Assembly (NCBI GenBank): GCA_050575255.1
Contig: JBNZDD010013728.1
Span: forward strand, 7,040,676 to 7,104,675
DNA from: Harriotta raleighana
Taxonomy: Eukaryota
Reading direction: 5' to 3'
DNA: 64,000 nt
The notes beneath the pieces are model-generated. The model did no database searches. It was not told the origin of the DNA and saw only the letters and a list, made by a program, of their open reading frames with translations. The first letter of the stretch is position 1; each line of letters opens with the position of its first letter. Made by a program: the position numbers and the translations under genes. Below are positions 1 through 13,567 of this stretch, one piece after another.

Positions 1-894
1 TGTGTGCTTAACTGCTCTCAAACAACACAATCTGTGATCATGGACAGACTCAATGCAAATAAATCCTCAGGGTTGGGTGGAAGGGATGAGGGGAGAAGTA
101 GAGAATGATTTTGCACTGATTCAAAAGTCTTTCATCAGACACAGATTTTGCTTTTACATACCAGATATTTGGCCGAAAAATTATTTTACCAAGCAACAAT
201 TTAAAGTTAAAGATCAGTTCTAGCAGCTATATATGAAAATAAAATCAGATGTTGTTTCATTAAAAGCAAATATCCCCCGTTTCCATTCTGGAAAAAGGTT
301 GAGGGAGAATAAAAATAATCCATGCATTTTATCACTTCATTGAAATACCTCAGGTAAATACAGCAGACAATTTGCACACAGCACTTGTGCAGCCAAGGAA
401 CAGTATGATTACATTTATATGCTTGATTGTTGGCCAGGTCAATGGGAGAAACACCTATCTTTTCAAATATTGCCATGGAATCGTTTAACATACAGGCAGA
501 TGGGGCCTCGGTTTAATGTCTCATTTTAAGCACAGCACCTCTGACAATGTGGTGCTCCCCCAGCATTTTATTGGAGTGTTAGCCTGGACTAATTGCGAAA
601 CTGGAGGAATGTTCAGCCTCAAACAACAACAACTTGCCCATATATAGTGCCCTCCACGCCAGGTAGCATCCCAGAGCGTTTATCAGTGGCGGAGCGTGAT
701 GAAGAGGAACGTATTTAATTGGGACTTGAAATGGGCGAGAAAACAAGCTGGGAATAATTAAGTATTCCAAATACTGTAAATGCTTTATCTCTCAGACCTG
801 TTGTGTTTTATAAGAAATTATAAATTTGAGAAGTTTACCAGCTTTGTCATGGGAAAGTGAAATTTTCAAAAAGATTATGCCGCAAACATAAATA

Positions 895-1509
895 CAGTAA
901 AACCTTGTTTATCCGTGAATCGAATAATCGGAAAACCCGTTCAATTACCATCTCAAAAAAAAGGCCCGATTCGATTAACTGGAATTTATCCGGTGACGTG
1001 TTTAATGTCGGGTCTAAACTCGTTCTGGGTCCTTTTAAAAGGTGAGGATTTTTATTTTTATCTCATTCGCATGAATGCCTGCCGTTGGGAAGTTAAGTAC
1101 TGAATACATAATAAATACTGCTGCAGGTAGCGACCAGAGAGAGAGGGAGGGAGCGGGGTGGGGGGAGAGGGGGGAATGGAGGAAATGGAGAGAGAGAGGG
1201 AGGTGGGGGGGATGATGAGACAGAGAAAGAGAGAAGGGGGAATGAGAGATGGGCGTCTTCCCGATGTGAAAGGCGCTATATAAATAAAAAATTTATTGAT
1301 TTTTTTGATTGATGGGGGAAAGGGAGAGAGAGAGAGATGGGGGAAAGCATAATGGAGTGAGAGAAAGAGAGAGAGTACTGGCAGGCAGGTTGATGCAAAG
1401 AGAGAGAGGGGGAGGGAGAGAGAGGAAAGGGACGGGGGGGTGGTGAAGATTGTGGACAGAATTTATATGATGGAGTCAGACTGAATATCTTTGAGGGTCT
1501 GTGTCTGTC

Positions 1510-1542
<33 letters not shown>

Positions 1543-1826
1543 CTGTCTGTGTGTCTGTATGTATGTGTGTGTGCTGGCCGTTAGGTCTAAACCCGTTGCT
1601 TTTTAAAGTCGCGTTTTGGTTTACCTTCGAATCAGTGCTACGATTGTGAAGTTAAGTATAAATAATAATGTATTAACAAAATATTCTATTATTATTTAGT
1701 CTATTATTAATATGGTATATGTTAAAATATTTTTTTATTTACTTTTTTTCCAAAAAATCTGTTCAACTGGAAAAACCGTTTATCCACCACTGGCCAGATC
1801 CCGTGGGTACCGGATAAACTATACTG
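895..1826. mobile_element. Tigger/pogo-like (Tc1-mariner) non-autonomous element, family A, long copy with GA-rich and GT-repeat interior
   Basis: TA|CAGTAAAACCTTGTTTATCCG ... CCGGATAAACTATACTG|TA with TA TSD. Shares aatattctRttattatttagtctattattaatatg with the copies at 59862 and 62765. Confidence 0.8.
1500..1573. repeat. (GT)n/(GTCT)n microsatellite inside the MITE
   Basis: Direct reading of the sequence. Confidence 0.9.
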
Positions 1827-3779
1827 TATATGTAACAAGTACAACTGAAACAGTAAAGGAGAAAAAATGCTTTTTTTTCTTTCCATCAAATTTTAAACTG
1901 ACTAAATAGTCGCCATTTCTTTATTGGATCAACTAAGTGTGTTTCAATTGAATTTTCTGCTGAGTTTTTAATAGAAGGTCTGTCCTGAACCAAAAAAATA
2001 TTTTCCAAATGAATCATAAACTACACAAGACAGGAGCTATCAGATGCAGGCTAACTCTATGTTTCACTATCTGTGCTTTGGCCCAAAGAGGTGCAGAGGG
2101 CTATTTCCAAAATATTTCATTTTTAACATGGCTTTTCTGGAATTTTAGCATGTTTTAGTGGAATATTCCTTGACACAGCTGTTCAAATAACTTTAATCTA
2201 GATTACTCATTATTTAGGAAAGAAATTTCCACTTGCACCTAACCTAATATTTCACAGTACAGTAGTATAACCTGCAAAGCACTTTGATGAATTCTCTTAA
2301 CTTAAAAGGTACGATATCAACCAAAAGTTTATTATTATTTTGATTCATAAAAAAGTATAATAAATTATGTGCTGGATTAATGTTTGGCCCTAGTTTGCAA
2401 CTGTTAATTCACTTATCATCTGCCTCCGATCAGGCAGTATATGTGGAACTCACACTTCTGGTCATTGTTGCTCTCGTTTTTCCACCTTCCTTAGCTCATC
2501 CCCCCCCCAACTTGAGCTCCCAGTCAATCCTCTGAAGGGCTTTCCTGATGTGAAAGGTGCTATATAAATGTAAGTTATTGCTGTTTCATTTGGATTCTCA
2601 AAAACATGGTGATGGGTTTCTGCATATGTTGGATACTGGGCTGACCAAACACAAAATATACACCAGGCTAAGCTGACTAGGAACATCTAGGCATGAAAGT
2701 TCAGTACTCAGAAAAACTTCAAGCACCACATTATCTTCATAATAATCAATGGAGTAATTCTCAACCATTCAGGAGCTCAGTCACCAGCTGCTCTGCTAAG
2801 CTCCTTTATATATTTATACATCATTCTCCCACTGAGTTGTTGAAGGAATGCCATTGATAAAGAATTTGTGTTTAAAAAAACTAACTTTAACAATCAGTTT
2901 CAGGTATTTGACAAACAAGATGTACTGTATCAGGAGGTCTTTCCCACGTATCATAAATTGCACCTAAAAAAAGGGCCAAGCCAGGGAAAGACATGTGCCT
3001 GGGCCTTTAAGAAATTTGTGTCTGTGGGGGCTGCATTACAGAATTCATCAAGCTTCTCCCAGCTGAGGCACAAAGTAAGGGCCAAACCCACAGTAAGTCG
3101 GAGGAGATCTGAAATCGAATGATAAATAGTATTGTTGTTGGCAATTGAAAAACTATGAAAAATGTTTCAGGTTTGTTGTATGACCTTGACATGTACAACC
3201 ACTTTTAAACCTGGCTGATTGTGCAATTTTATCCAGGAAACACGTCTTAATGGAAGTCTACTTCAGTCAGAAATTACACTCACTACTCTTAAGACAACAA
3301 ATTTAATTAATGATCTGCGTTATATTAGTTTCTTTTCCTGAGAACCCTGTAACAGATTACTGCCTTATGTAGTGTTTTGAGACTGGGCAGCTGGATTTTG
3401 ATACTTTTATTGGCCCAAACCCCAAGTATTAGTACAGTACACTACTTTTGTTAAACTGTTAATTTTAGCAGGACAAATTTTCCTGTTGAATAAACCAGCC
3501 TTATGGGATCTTTGCATCGGTTTTCCCCCATTGAAAATTCATGTGAAAGATGTATTAGCTAGGGTCTATATTAATAGATTCTGGCAACATAGTGCTCAGA
3601 GACACATTAAACTTGTGGACTCCTTGCATGATCTACTTGGAGTGCTCAAAACAATGTAGTGTAAATGTTTTTCCTCTAAACCCATCAGTTCTTTTGCAAA
3701 ACAATGTAGAACAAGACGAAAATGCTTTCATAAAAATTAATATAACCAGGTTTTTAAAAATGGGTTTATAAACAGCAAT

Positions 3780-4080
3780 TCTTACCCCATCCAACCTCTG
3801 CAACTTCCTAACCCCCCTATCAAACTACCCGTTCCATCCGCTCAGTGGGCCCCAACCTGCTTCATGTCCCCTGACACACCTGCCCCACCATCGGTGGGGA
3901 GCCTTCAGTCATTCTGCCCCCAACCTCTGGAATTCCATCCCATAGTCTCTCCGCCCCTCCCTTCCACCCAGCCTCCCCATTCCCGACCTCAGCTCGGGTC
4001 TGAAACACTGACTGTCCAGCACCTTGGGACATCCTCCCGACATGAAAGGTGCTATACAAATGTAATTTGCTGATATTGTT
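3780..4080 (+). mobile_element. L2 LINE 3' fragment
   Basis: ctctggaattccatccc followed by the tail ccttgggacatcctcccgacatgaaaggtgctatacaaatgtaattt. Confidence 0.75.
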
Positions 4081-5621
4081 TCTTCTACCTGGCAGTCATA
4101 TTATGCATTCAGGTCTCATTTGGTACCTTAGCCTATGTATTCTTCTGTAATATTTATGTTTCTCTAATAGTGGACATCTCTTCCTATTAAGTAGCAGTCT
4201 GTTAAGTAAGATGGATTTCCTTTTGATATGTACTATTCTTCATACAAATTTTTCACTGGTTAGAGCAGTGTGTTAAAGCATGCCACCCTTCCACCACTGT
4301 GACCTGGTTGAATCCAGCACAGGCTGATGGAACAAAAATCTCTTTTTCTGGGGACAGTCAGAGGATCAGCATTGACTATGTTTGAGGAACCGCAACTCAG
4401 ATTTAAGAGGAATGTAAGGGCACGCTATGGAAAAAATGCTATTAATTATATTATGCTATTATATTATGTTCCTCTAAGATAATAATAATCTTTGCATTTG
4501 ATATAGCGCTTTTCATGTCTTCTAGATGTCTCAAAGTGCTTCACAGAATACACTGTAAAGTGAATTGACTGTTTTATTTGTAGGCAAAACGCGGCAGCTA
4601 AGTGAGCACAGCAGTGATGCTACAAGGATGGGTGGTATAGCAAATGGAACTGCTATATTGGTCCCCGACACTGAAATGGGAAACTTATTAACCTGGATAT
4701 TGGGAATCAACCACAATTTGAAGTATGATGATAATTTGGATGGCAGACTGTTTTGAGATTTTCAGATAAGAAAATGTCGAGCCAACAACCCAAGTGCATT
4801 CCGATGGGGTTCCACTGTTATTCAGGTAATGTATTTCAAAGGAATGTGGAATCCTTCTCCCAGTGAATTAGTTTCATATTCCCCGTTATGCTTTTTTGCA
4901 CTGGCCACAAATCGCACCCCCTCACCCCCACCAAGTTTTTCCTTGAAATCCCTAGCCCATTTGGGGATTCAGTCTGTTACTGCTTACATGCAAAGAATAT
5001 GTTAAACCTAAACTAGGGTGACACAAGTGGAATAGTCAAAGCTTAAAATATACATATGTCTGTACGAACTGGGTCAAAACATTTGTCTGCACTACAGATA
5101 TTATAGCAATATCATTACTCAAGCCAGTTAGGCACAATAACCTTGCTGGTGTAGGTAGTGTGGTGTGGAGAAGAAAGAGGAAATGCAATTCTTCCATATC
5201 ATTTACTGCATCAAAGAAATGCTGATGTGAGGAATACATCAATGAACTCTCATCTGTGGATAACCATTCTAAATAACCAAACCTTTCAACCATTTGAAAG
5301 TCTTTTTTCGTTGGGAATCGAGTATGTGGATGTAAAGCAGCATAAGCTAGTTCAGTATTCTTAAAGAGGTTCTGTGATATTGTTGTCCTAGAATTTGTGT
5401 GTTGTAAAACGTCCAGCACCGTGTATGGATTTAAAATGTTAGGTGTAGATGTCAGCCTGGGTCAATTGGTAGCTTGAGTCAGTAGATTGTGAATTAAGCC
5501 CCACATCAGGATTTTCAGCCCATGGCCTAGGCTGACTGTCCAGTGCAATGCTCGGGGTGGGGGGGAAGAGGGGTGGCGGAGGTTAAGACAGACTAGACTG
5601 ATTTGGTTCTCCACACACAGA

Positions 5622-5683
5622 CACATACACACAAAACAAGGAGAATTAATGGCACATACACACAAAACAAGGAGAATTAATGG
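5622..5683. repeat. Perfect 31-bp tandem duplication
   Basis: cacatacacacaaaacaaggagaattaatgg occurs twice in tandem. Confidence 0.9.
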
Positions 5684-5684
5684 C

Positions 5685-5862
5685 CAGGGGATCCAATCTG
5701 ATTATTCCCTCCAGCCCACTGGCAACGAGGCCAATTTCAGTGCCCTCAGCTCTTACCTCAGCTGAGATCAGTTAAATCATTTTGAGGACTGAATCTGTAA
5801 CCTTCTGGTTTGTGTAGCCTACTGCTGCACCAGACAGTGCCTTTAGCCAGTCGGCCATTGGG
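5685..5862 (-). mobile_element. Ancient SINE-like family 3 (related copies at about 32440-32610, 40800-41000 and 54178-54340)
   Basis: Shared degenerate blocks such as accagaaggtt and tgatctcagctg, and atcagccagggttcc. Family name not assigned. Confidence 0.45.
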
Positions 5863-6429
5863 AGGGGGAGGGGGTCAGAAAGGAAAGAAAGCCAGCTATT
5901 ATGATTTCACAATATTGTACAGTCACAAAATATACTAGCTACTACGATAGTTAGCTTGTGGCCAAAAAGTACCAATTTAATACAACACTTAGAGTAAGAA
6001 AGTGTGCTAATAGCTGCCTGGAGCCACTGCCCTTTTTAATTTGAACATTTATGCTGAAGAAAGCAATCACTGACAACATTAATTATAAACATTTGAGTAA
6101 GAGTGCCCGCTGCTTGCATTACTTACCATTTGGCCTCTGTCACTTTGTATCAGTCTGGCTTATCCATGCATCATTCACACTTATAATGATGCACTTACTT
6201 ATCTGACTGTCTTATATCATATATGGATGTCTTCTTCACAGGCTAAACTCACTGCAGGCTTAACTCTCAGACTTAATTCTTAATGACTGTCCATAACTAA
6301 GGACTGCATTTGCTGAATTTTAGAATATCTCAAGCATAAATAGATAATGATAAAACATGCCAATACAGATTTCCTTTTAACTGTAGTAATATATGTATAT
6401 ATTGTGCAGTAAAGTCAGTTTACTTCACT

Positions 6430-6762
6430 TCCCCCGGGGCGAGGCGGAGGACATGAAGGGCTGCTTCACGTCACCAGCCTCGCCCGGCCCACCATTGGCA
6501 GGAGGGCCTTCAACCATACTGCCCTCACCACCTGGAACTCCATCTCGCAATCCGTCCACCTCGCTCCATCCCTTGCCTCATTCAAGACCCACCTCAATGC
6601 CCTCCTCTTCGACCATGCTTTCAATCAATCTCCTTCCCAACCTGCCCTCCACCCTCCCCAATACCAATTCCCAGTTCGGGTCCAAAATACTGTCTGTCCA
6701 GCGCATTGGAAGGTCCTCCCAATGTGAAACGCACTATACAAATCTAATTTTGTTGTTGTTTA
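6430..6762 (+). mobile_element. L2 LINE 3' fragment
   Basis: cctggaactccatc and ttcaagacccacctc, ending in a tail with ttttgttgttgt. Confidence 0.75.
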
Positions 6763-7324
6763 TAATGACAGCCAAAGGAGGAGGGAAACTCTTCAGCCGA
6801 ACTTTTAGACAGCTACAAGCCTGAAATTGTGCTCCTAACAGTAAGACAACTGCTTTAACATTTCAAGTTGTGCGGCATTTTGGAAATAGTTTTACATTCA
6901 GTCTTAATTTGGAAACTGTTTTTCCACAGCTCCCTAGCTTCCAAATTAAGTCCATTTTCCACAATTCTGCAGGTTTTCAATTTAGTCTTAGGGCTAAGGC
7001 CACAGGAAATATCAGACCTCTAGTTTCCTAAATCAAGTTTGAGTCTGAACCATTAGATGTGCAACACATCTTCAAGGTCCCTGACTGTAGTATGCCCCAA
7101 TACCAAATTGTAAAAATATACGATTGAGACAAACAGCTATTAGGCAGCCATGGAGTGAAATTGGCAGAGTTTCACACAGCATTATGGGGTCATGATACTT
7201 ATCACAATGAAAGTATTATGAAGCACTGCTATTTTCTTCCTTTTCTTTAACCATTGCTAGGCTGTGCTTCCTCCAAACTCTATCTCTGTACAACAATCAC
7301 AATAAATGCTTCTTTATAACAACT

Positions 7325-7690
7325 TTCAGGTGGACGTCACAGGGCGGTGGAGAGTTAAGGGTTTGCACCCTAGATGGAGGTTAGATTCTGAAGGATTAGG
7401 GTCCAACAAGAGTGGGGCAGGAAGATGACTGAAGCAACAGTCAAAGAAGAATATTATGAGGCGGTTCTTGGAAGAGACACAGGAAGAGAAGAGGTGATGG
7501 GTCTCAGGAGTGACGGCAGAAAGTTCAATCGCCGATAGTGGATTGGGCAGAGAGGGCAACATGAAGCAGGTCAGTGTCTCCTGAGAGTAGGGCATGGATG
7601 GGTTGGGAAGATTTTAGAAGGTCACAGAGTTGGGTGTTTGTGGGGTGGGGGGCAAGATTGTGTACTGTACTGAGGCTGCGGAAATTTACA
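7325..7690 (-). mobile_element. L2 LINE fragment
   Basis: Antisense of the L2 3' region seen at 61650-61950 (aaggtcacagag, gaagcaacagtcaaaga). Confidence 0.55.
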
Positions 7691-8140
7691 AAAATTCTGG
7701 TGCCAAATAACAACAATTCAAATACCAGCAGACCAGAAAAATGACTGAATTAAGTTGTTCTTTTGGTTCCTCACAGAAAATGTGCTGGTAAGACCAGAGG
7801 TGGGCAGATCCAAACTGAAGAATCACATACAATGTTCAGCACTTAATAGGCCATTTGGCCTGACTACTCTATGTGGATATTTTTCTCCACCTGAACCTCC
7901 AGCATTGTAATCCCCTATTCTAAGCACTCGTTTCCTTCTCCCTCATAAGCAACAACCCCATCAACATCCCCCATATACCCCTGTTGAAACAAATCTGAAA
8001 CAATATGAATTACTAAAGACTTTAATTGCTCAGACTCTCTGAAAGCCCTTTCTCCCCTAATCAAAATCGTATTTATTTTACGTAAACCAAACCTCACATG
8101 GGTTTTTTTGTTGTTATAGTTTGTCCATCATGGTACAATG

Positions 8141-8185
8141 TTTATTTTTTCCTCAATTTGTAAAATAAACTTTGGTCCTTTTATT
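8141..8185 (-). terminator. Candidate polyadenylation signals (AATAAA at 8180-8185 and 8141-8146)
   Basis: Two tttatt hexamers on the + strand, about 170-220 nt past the stop codon. The AT-rich background makes chance matches likely. Confidence 0.35.
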
Positions 8186-8357
8186 TAAACAACCGAATGT
8201 AACTCCATTTTCAATCAGTTTCAATTTAAGCCGCACAGCAATGACATGAAATCATTCTCTAAAGTAAGGTAGGCACTAATCTCCTCCTTCGTGATTGTCT
8301 TGAATCTTAGTGGTGCAGGAGCAATCTGCATAATAACAAATCCAACTTCTGAAGGAA

Positions 8358-8494
8358 TTAAAACATATTCTTTGAGATTGGGCCCGTTGTGATGTTGTTT
8401 GACATAGTTAGTCTGTGCTCACTCTCAGCTATTTTGGCTCGAGTAGACAAAGCAGGGTTGGTATAGTTGGGGCAAAAACCAGGGACAAAGGTCA
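8358..8494 (-). CDS. ZNF516: Probable terminal coding exon of ZNF516 (VTFVPGFCPNYT...KNMF*)
   Basis: Pyrimidine tract and ttgcag acceptor, phase 1 compatible with the previous exon, open to TAA at 8358-8360. The VTF start resembles the residues after the last finger of ZNF516 as I recall them. AATAAA signals lie downstream. Confidence 0.65.
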
Positions 8495-9092
8495 CTGCAA
8501 TTTTCTCAAGCACAAAGAAAAAAATGGGAGCAAAACGATAAAAAGAAATAAAAATGAGCAAAAGAGATACAAACTGTTAAAGTCCAGATATCTGAACACA
8601 GAATGAACCAGTAATGAGTAGATCAGAAAAGTCTGTAATTGTTTGTGTCACTTAAAAGAATCAGGGTTTTGCAAGGATGCTGAGTTATATTAAAATGGAT
8701 GTTGTCTACATTTCATTTTCATAGTGCTGTTGGCGAATGAATTCATTTACATGTCCAATTTGAACTGTGACAATGACATCTGATAAATATGTAAAAGGTT
8801 ACTTTACAGCCCAGGAAACAACGACATTCGCTCATGGCACATATGAAATTTTTACCACAGAAATTAATTAGTACTGCAGCCCATGAAGAGCATTCACATG
8901 TCTGTCAATTACAGATTGACTTAGTTTATTTTACCAGGAGCGCTGAGTATCAAGAAGTGAGGGTGATGGGGGTGGAGTTGGTGGAGTGCGAGGGGAGAGA
9001 GAGAGAGAGAGGAAATGCTCCACCCATTTTAGAATAGGTGCGAGCAACTGTAACTTAAGTGAGAGGTGCAGTAAAGTCAGCACAATGCCTAC

Positions 9093-9200
9093 CTGTGTGG
9101 GATCTCATATGGGTCTGGAGATGACTGGGTTGGCTGAAGCATTTCCCACATTCTCTGCAGATATATTCTCCGTGTCGTGTCTGAGCGCAGAATGTCATCC
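9093..9200 (-). CDS. ZNF516: ZNF516 third coding exon (108 nt), C-terminal C2H2 finger
   Basis: Not in the ORF track. Manual translation gives (G)[35 protein letters not shown]. Acceptor ttttttttcaatgaccgcag and donor CACAG|GTAGGC, phase 1/1, matching the flanking exons. Confidence 0.9.
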
Positions 9201-10019
9201 CTGCGGTCATTGAAAAAAAAGTTGAGAAAAAACATTATGCCAGAAGAAAACATCATTAGTATTGTCTAATGTGTCATTATGTGAGGCTACCTTCAGGCCC
9301 TTGGATGACAACTGTCAGACTTCATCATCACAACTGCTGACAGGGCGAGCACACACAGGACTGAGAGGATGCATAAATTACATTGAATTAAAAGATTTAC
9401 CCTGTGATGTGCCCACTCCACACTGGCATGTCAGGTGTGCGCATTTCAGAGCAGCTGGATCCACTTTCTAGGCATCAACCAGCTATGTCAAGTGGTAACA
9501 TCAGGCAAATCAAACTGACGCCACCGCAGCAAAGATAAGTCACATGAATAATGGGAAGCGAGTGGAACCAGAGCTTGACCATCCCTTATGGGTACAAATA
9601 CCTTGGAGATAAACACAAAGTGAGCGGAGACATCATGGGCTGATCAAATGCCTGCGTTCTACCTGCCTACTACTGCTTTACCGACCTCGGACCTTGAAGG
9701 CACAGAATGTACAGATATCTATGAATGGAAATGTCATTATACAGACATTTCAGGAGAGAAAGAGCTCTTCTAGCTTTGATCATCAAAGCAAGCAGCTTAA
9801 TTTAACATGGCATTGCCAAAGCACAGGTCTGCATGATGCAATATATCTTCATAATATCTATGTTTGCCAATAAAATACAGTACATAGTAAAGGTCAATGA
9901 ATGATTGGAATTAATATAATGCTTATTTCTGTATCCTTATTTATTTTCATTTGGGCATTTGGGTGTCACCAATACTCCACATGAGTCTTCACCCATTCAT
10001 TACTCCCTTGCAAATCCTC

Positions 10020-11100
10020 ATATTCCCCTCTCTACTGTGTGAAGGTCTAGCTAATTGTGTTCCCTGCTTACACTCTGCCCAACAAGTGGAAACAGCCTAT
10101 TTATATTAGCCCTTTTAAATACTTCTATTAGTTTCCCCCATTTGCTCTCACTTTACAAGCATGAGACCTGTGTTCGAATCCAGGCAGGGTGAAAGCTTGG
10201 GCAAGTATCCTTACTCCATATGCCTAATAATCCCTCAAACAAAACAATAATAAATTGGTCATTTCAATCCACGACTGTTTGTGGGACACCGCTGTGTGCA
10301 ATTGGCTGCCGCATTTTGCCTAAAATATACAGTCAATTCACTTTACAGTATATTCTGTGAAGCACTTTGAGACATCTAGAAGATGTGAAAAGTGCAATAT
10401 CAAATGCAAGGATTATTAAACGTCTCTTCTCTAGCAAAAAAATGGCCTAACCTACCTATCCTGATAGCAGAAACTTGTCAGCCCTGGTATCATCATTGTA
10501 AACCTATGCTGTACTTCCATTGCTGCTATATCCTATATACTTATAGTGTGGAGATCAGAACTGGACAAAACACTTCAAATGTGGTTTAATCAAATATTTG
10601 TATAAATTCAACATCACTGCACTTCTATATTCTATCCTTTGGGATATAGAGACCAAGACTCCATTGGCATTTTTTATAGCCTTATCTACCTGTGAAGCTT
10701 TTAGAGACTTGTAGATCAGAATTGCCACATCTCTTTACTCCTCTACTCCTCTCCTTTTAGGTTTGCATCAACCAGACTATGGACAGCTTCTTTATTTTTT
10801 CCTGCAGAAGATAATTATTTCACATTTCACATTATCCTACATAGAATCTCCTCTGCCATATGTTTGCCCATTTGCAAGCCTGTTTATCCTCCTGCATTCT
10901 TCTGCAATCCACTTCACTGTTTACCATGCCCCCTCTTTTGTGTCACCTATAAAGTTTGACATCACAACTCCTATATTTAAATCCACACCATTTATGTATA
11001 TACCAAACAGTAGAGCTTCTAACATTTATCCCTGGAATGTATATGCTGTGGGACAGCACATACGACCTCTTGCCAGCCTGAGAAGATGTCCTTAATTCCT
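10020..11100 (-). mobile_element. Degenerate CR1-clade LINE RT and C-terminal region, interrupted by a SINE
   Basis: Minus-strand remnants KFIGDTK, KWANIWQ and AIKNANGVLVSISQRIEYRS..LNLYKYLIKPHLKCFVQF*SPHY match the CR1 motifs KFADDTK, WA..WQM and LVRPHLEYCVQFWSP. Confidence 0.8.
10145..10418 (+). mobile_element. tRNA-derived Deu-type SINE, family 1 (slightly 5'-truncated)
   Basis: B-box gttcgaatcc, core gactgtttgtgggacaccgctgtgtgcaattggctgccgc and an L2-like tail ending ggattatta. Confidence 0.85.
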
Positions 11101-13025
11101 ATAATATGATTTTGTGATCCATTAATCCACTGGGGAGAATTGCTTCCTCTAATGTCTAACCATTGTTATAAATGTATAGTAATAATAATAACCCTTTCAT
11201 TTTGCATTTCATAGTCCGAGGAAAGGGTTGATGAATGGAAAATTTCACATTAACATCTTTGAGTGAGAAGTAGATTTTCACATCTCTCAATGTAGCTGGT
11301 GAGTTTAGACAAGTTACTGTGTTGTCAGCCACACCAATTTATGCCTTTCTCTTAAAATGTTGGGTAAAGTAGTGCAAGGAAAGAAAATGACATTTTTGTC
11401 TTGGATAAATAAATGCCCTTATATAGATGTACCAGAAGCAACACGTGTTCCTTTATACATAGAGGTCAGGAAGAAGAACAACAACAAAATTACATTTGCC
11501 TAGCACTTTCCACATCAGGAGGACGTCCCAAAGCTCTGGACAGTCAATGTTTTGGACCATTTCTGTAATGGTTAGATCTTAACAGCAAGTTAATTATTTT
11601 GGTGAATCCACATGAATCTCTTCCCATCTTACCAAGTCATTTTCAAACTTGCTGGCTTTGTGGTTGAATGTGAAAAGAGCGCTGTCTACAGCAACCCCTA
11701 GAAAGGGAAACTAGATGAACCTTGGTCTTTGTTTGTCCAGCATTTCTTATTTTTCTTTTCTTTTGTTCTTATGTACAGTATACCAGTTAGATGCTGCACT
11801 CCAAAAGATGCCTTGCCAATGTTTCCAGTTTACTAAGCAAATCAATTCAAGTGTGCTGGGAATGAAATGCCTCATCATATGTACAGTATTTGAAGGGTTA
11901 GGAAAATTCATAGCATTGGAAAAATGCAGTCAATATCTAACATTCACAGGAAATCCTACAGGAAAGATTGAGCTGTAAATTGTTGTGTGAAGTTCTTGAG
12001 AGATGTTTTGACATGATAAGGTGCTACATCAAATGCGAATATTATCATTGCATATTTTTCTGCCAGATCTGGGAGGGAACTGAAAACAATGCCAGACAGT
12101 TTACTAGTAAGTGCAATGGGAATAAACTGTCCCTGAGTATAAATGTATTTAGTATTTGGGGCACCACAGGGTGTGGCAGCAGGATACTTGAGTGACAGTT
12201 ACTGTGCACAGTGTTGTCAGATTGCAGATGCGGAAATATTTATTCACTTCTTCCAATCTGATATGAAAATACTAGCGATGTTTATGGTTAAAAATATGCT
12301 GCAAAAAAGTTATTTTATATCAGAGTGTTTACTGTCACATGTCCGAAAATAAAAATTTATTGTTTTGTTGGCGGTCCACCTTACATCTATCAGTATTAGA
12401 AAGTTCTATGTGGTCAACTTCTGTGACACATCAAGGATATAATCTAGCCTGTAATTCTGGAGCAGTCCAGGGTACTGAGGTCCTATCTACCTGCCCATTG
12501 TTCAACTGGATCCTATATATTTTACAACAATATTTGAAAAGGCAAAGAGTTTCTCTATGTCCCTTGTCCTGGTCAAGAATCCTCCATTGTCAAAATTGGA
12601 CAATCATTATGGCTATTTGTGGGATGTTGCTGCATGGAAAACGGCTTGTGATTTCACTCGCCTGTCACCATATGTGACAATCAAGAACCTTGAGTTGTTT
12701 TGATGTGATAAGGCACTAGAAATATGCAAGTTCTTTCTTTAAAAATACAATTAAGCCACTTTACTACAGTGACTTTATTTTGTAACGTGAAACATGAAAG
12801 GCACTCACTCTATCAAGGTAAATTTGTGTTGCATTTATTTTATTTTCCCTTTGCCACTTATTCAACAGAAATAGCTATAGCTGATGTTAATTCAGAGGCA
12901 GCTCAACAGTACAATACTGGACTTCCACGTGGGAGCTTAAACTCTAAATTCCAGGCATTGAGCTCAATTGCACACTGTTCCCTGCATGAAGCTAGTCAGC
13001 TTAGTCATTTTAGATTTCATGTGGG

Positions 13026-13039
13026 CCACTAGAGGGAGC
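13026..13039 (+). promoter_or_regulatory. Candidate CTCF-binding motif
   Basis: CCACTAGAGGGAGC matches the consensus CCASYAGRKGGCRS at 13 of 14 positions. Confidence 0.4.
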
Positions 13040-13567
13040 AATTTACGACCACCTACTCCATCCCTATGGCTTAAATTGGTACTTTGGGTACAGGGCACAC
13101 ATATCAGATTATTTTAAGGGATCAGAAAGAAACAGGCTGAATTCTGTTCATGCAAGGAACGAATAGGGTAGGTAGTTGCTTCATATGAAATCCTAGAACG
13201 TCATAAACCCACTATGTTGCATTCAGCAATTTCTAAAAGGTTTTCAACCTAGTGTCTCATGAAGCTCCCATGTAGAAACTGGAAGCTAGACCATTACGTA
13301 GGCAACTCCAGGATTTTATCCTGGGGTGTGTATTTCAGATCCTAATCCACTTTAAAGGTTGGGAAACTCAGTTGAAAGTAGAGAAAGGTAAAGTTTGACC
13401 CATCCCATTGGACATTTTGGATAACATCAAGAGAAACAAACTTCTATCTGTTCTCAGCATTAGCCGCACGTCGGTTTGCCTTTGGCAGACTCAACTGAGA
13501 ATCTCATGCACTGCACCCACCATCTTGAACACTGAGCAACTTGGTGAGATATGATGGTAGTTACCAC

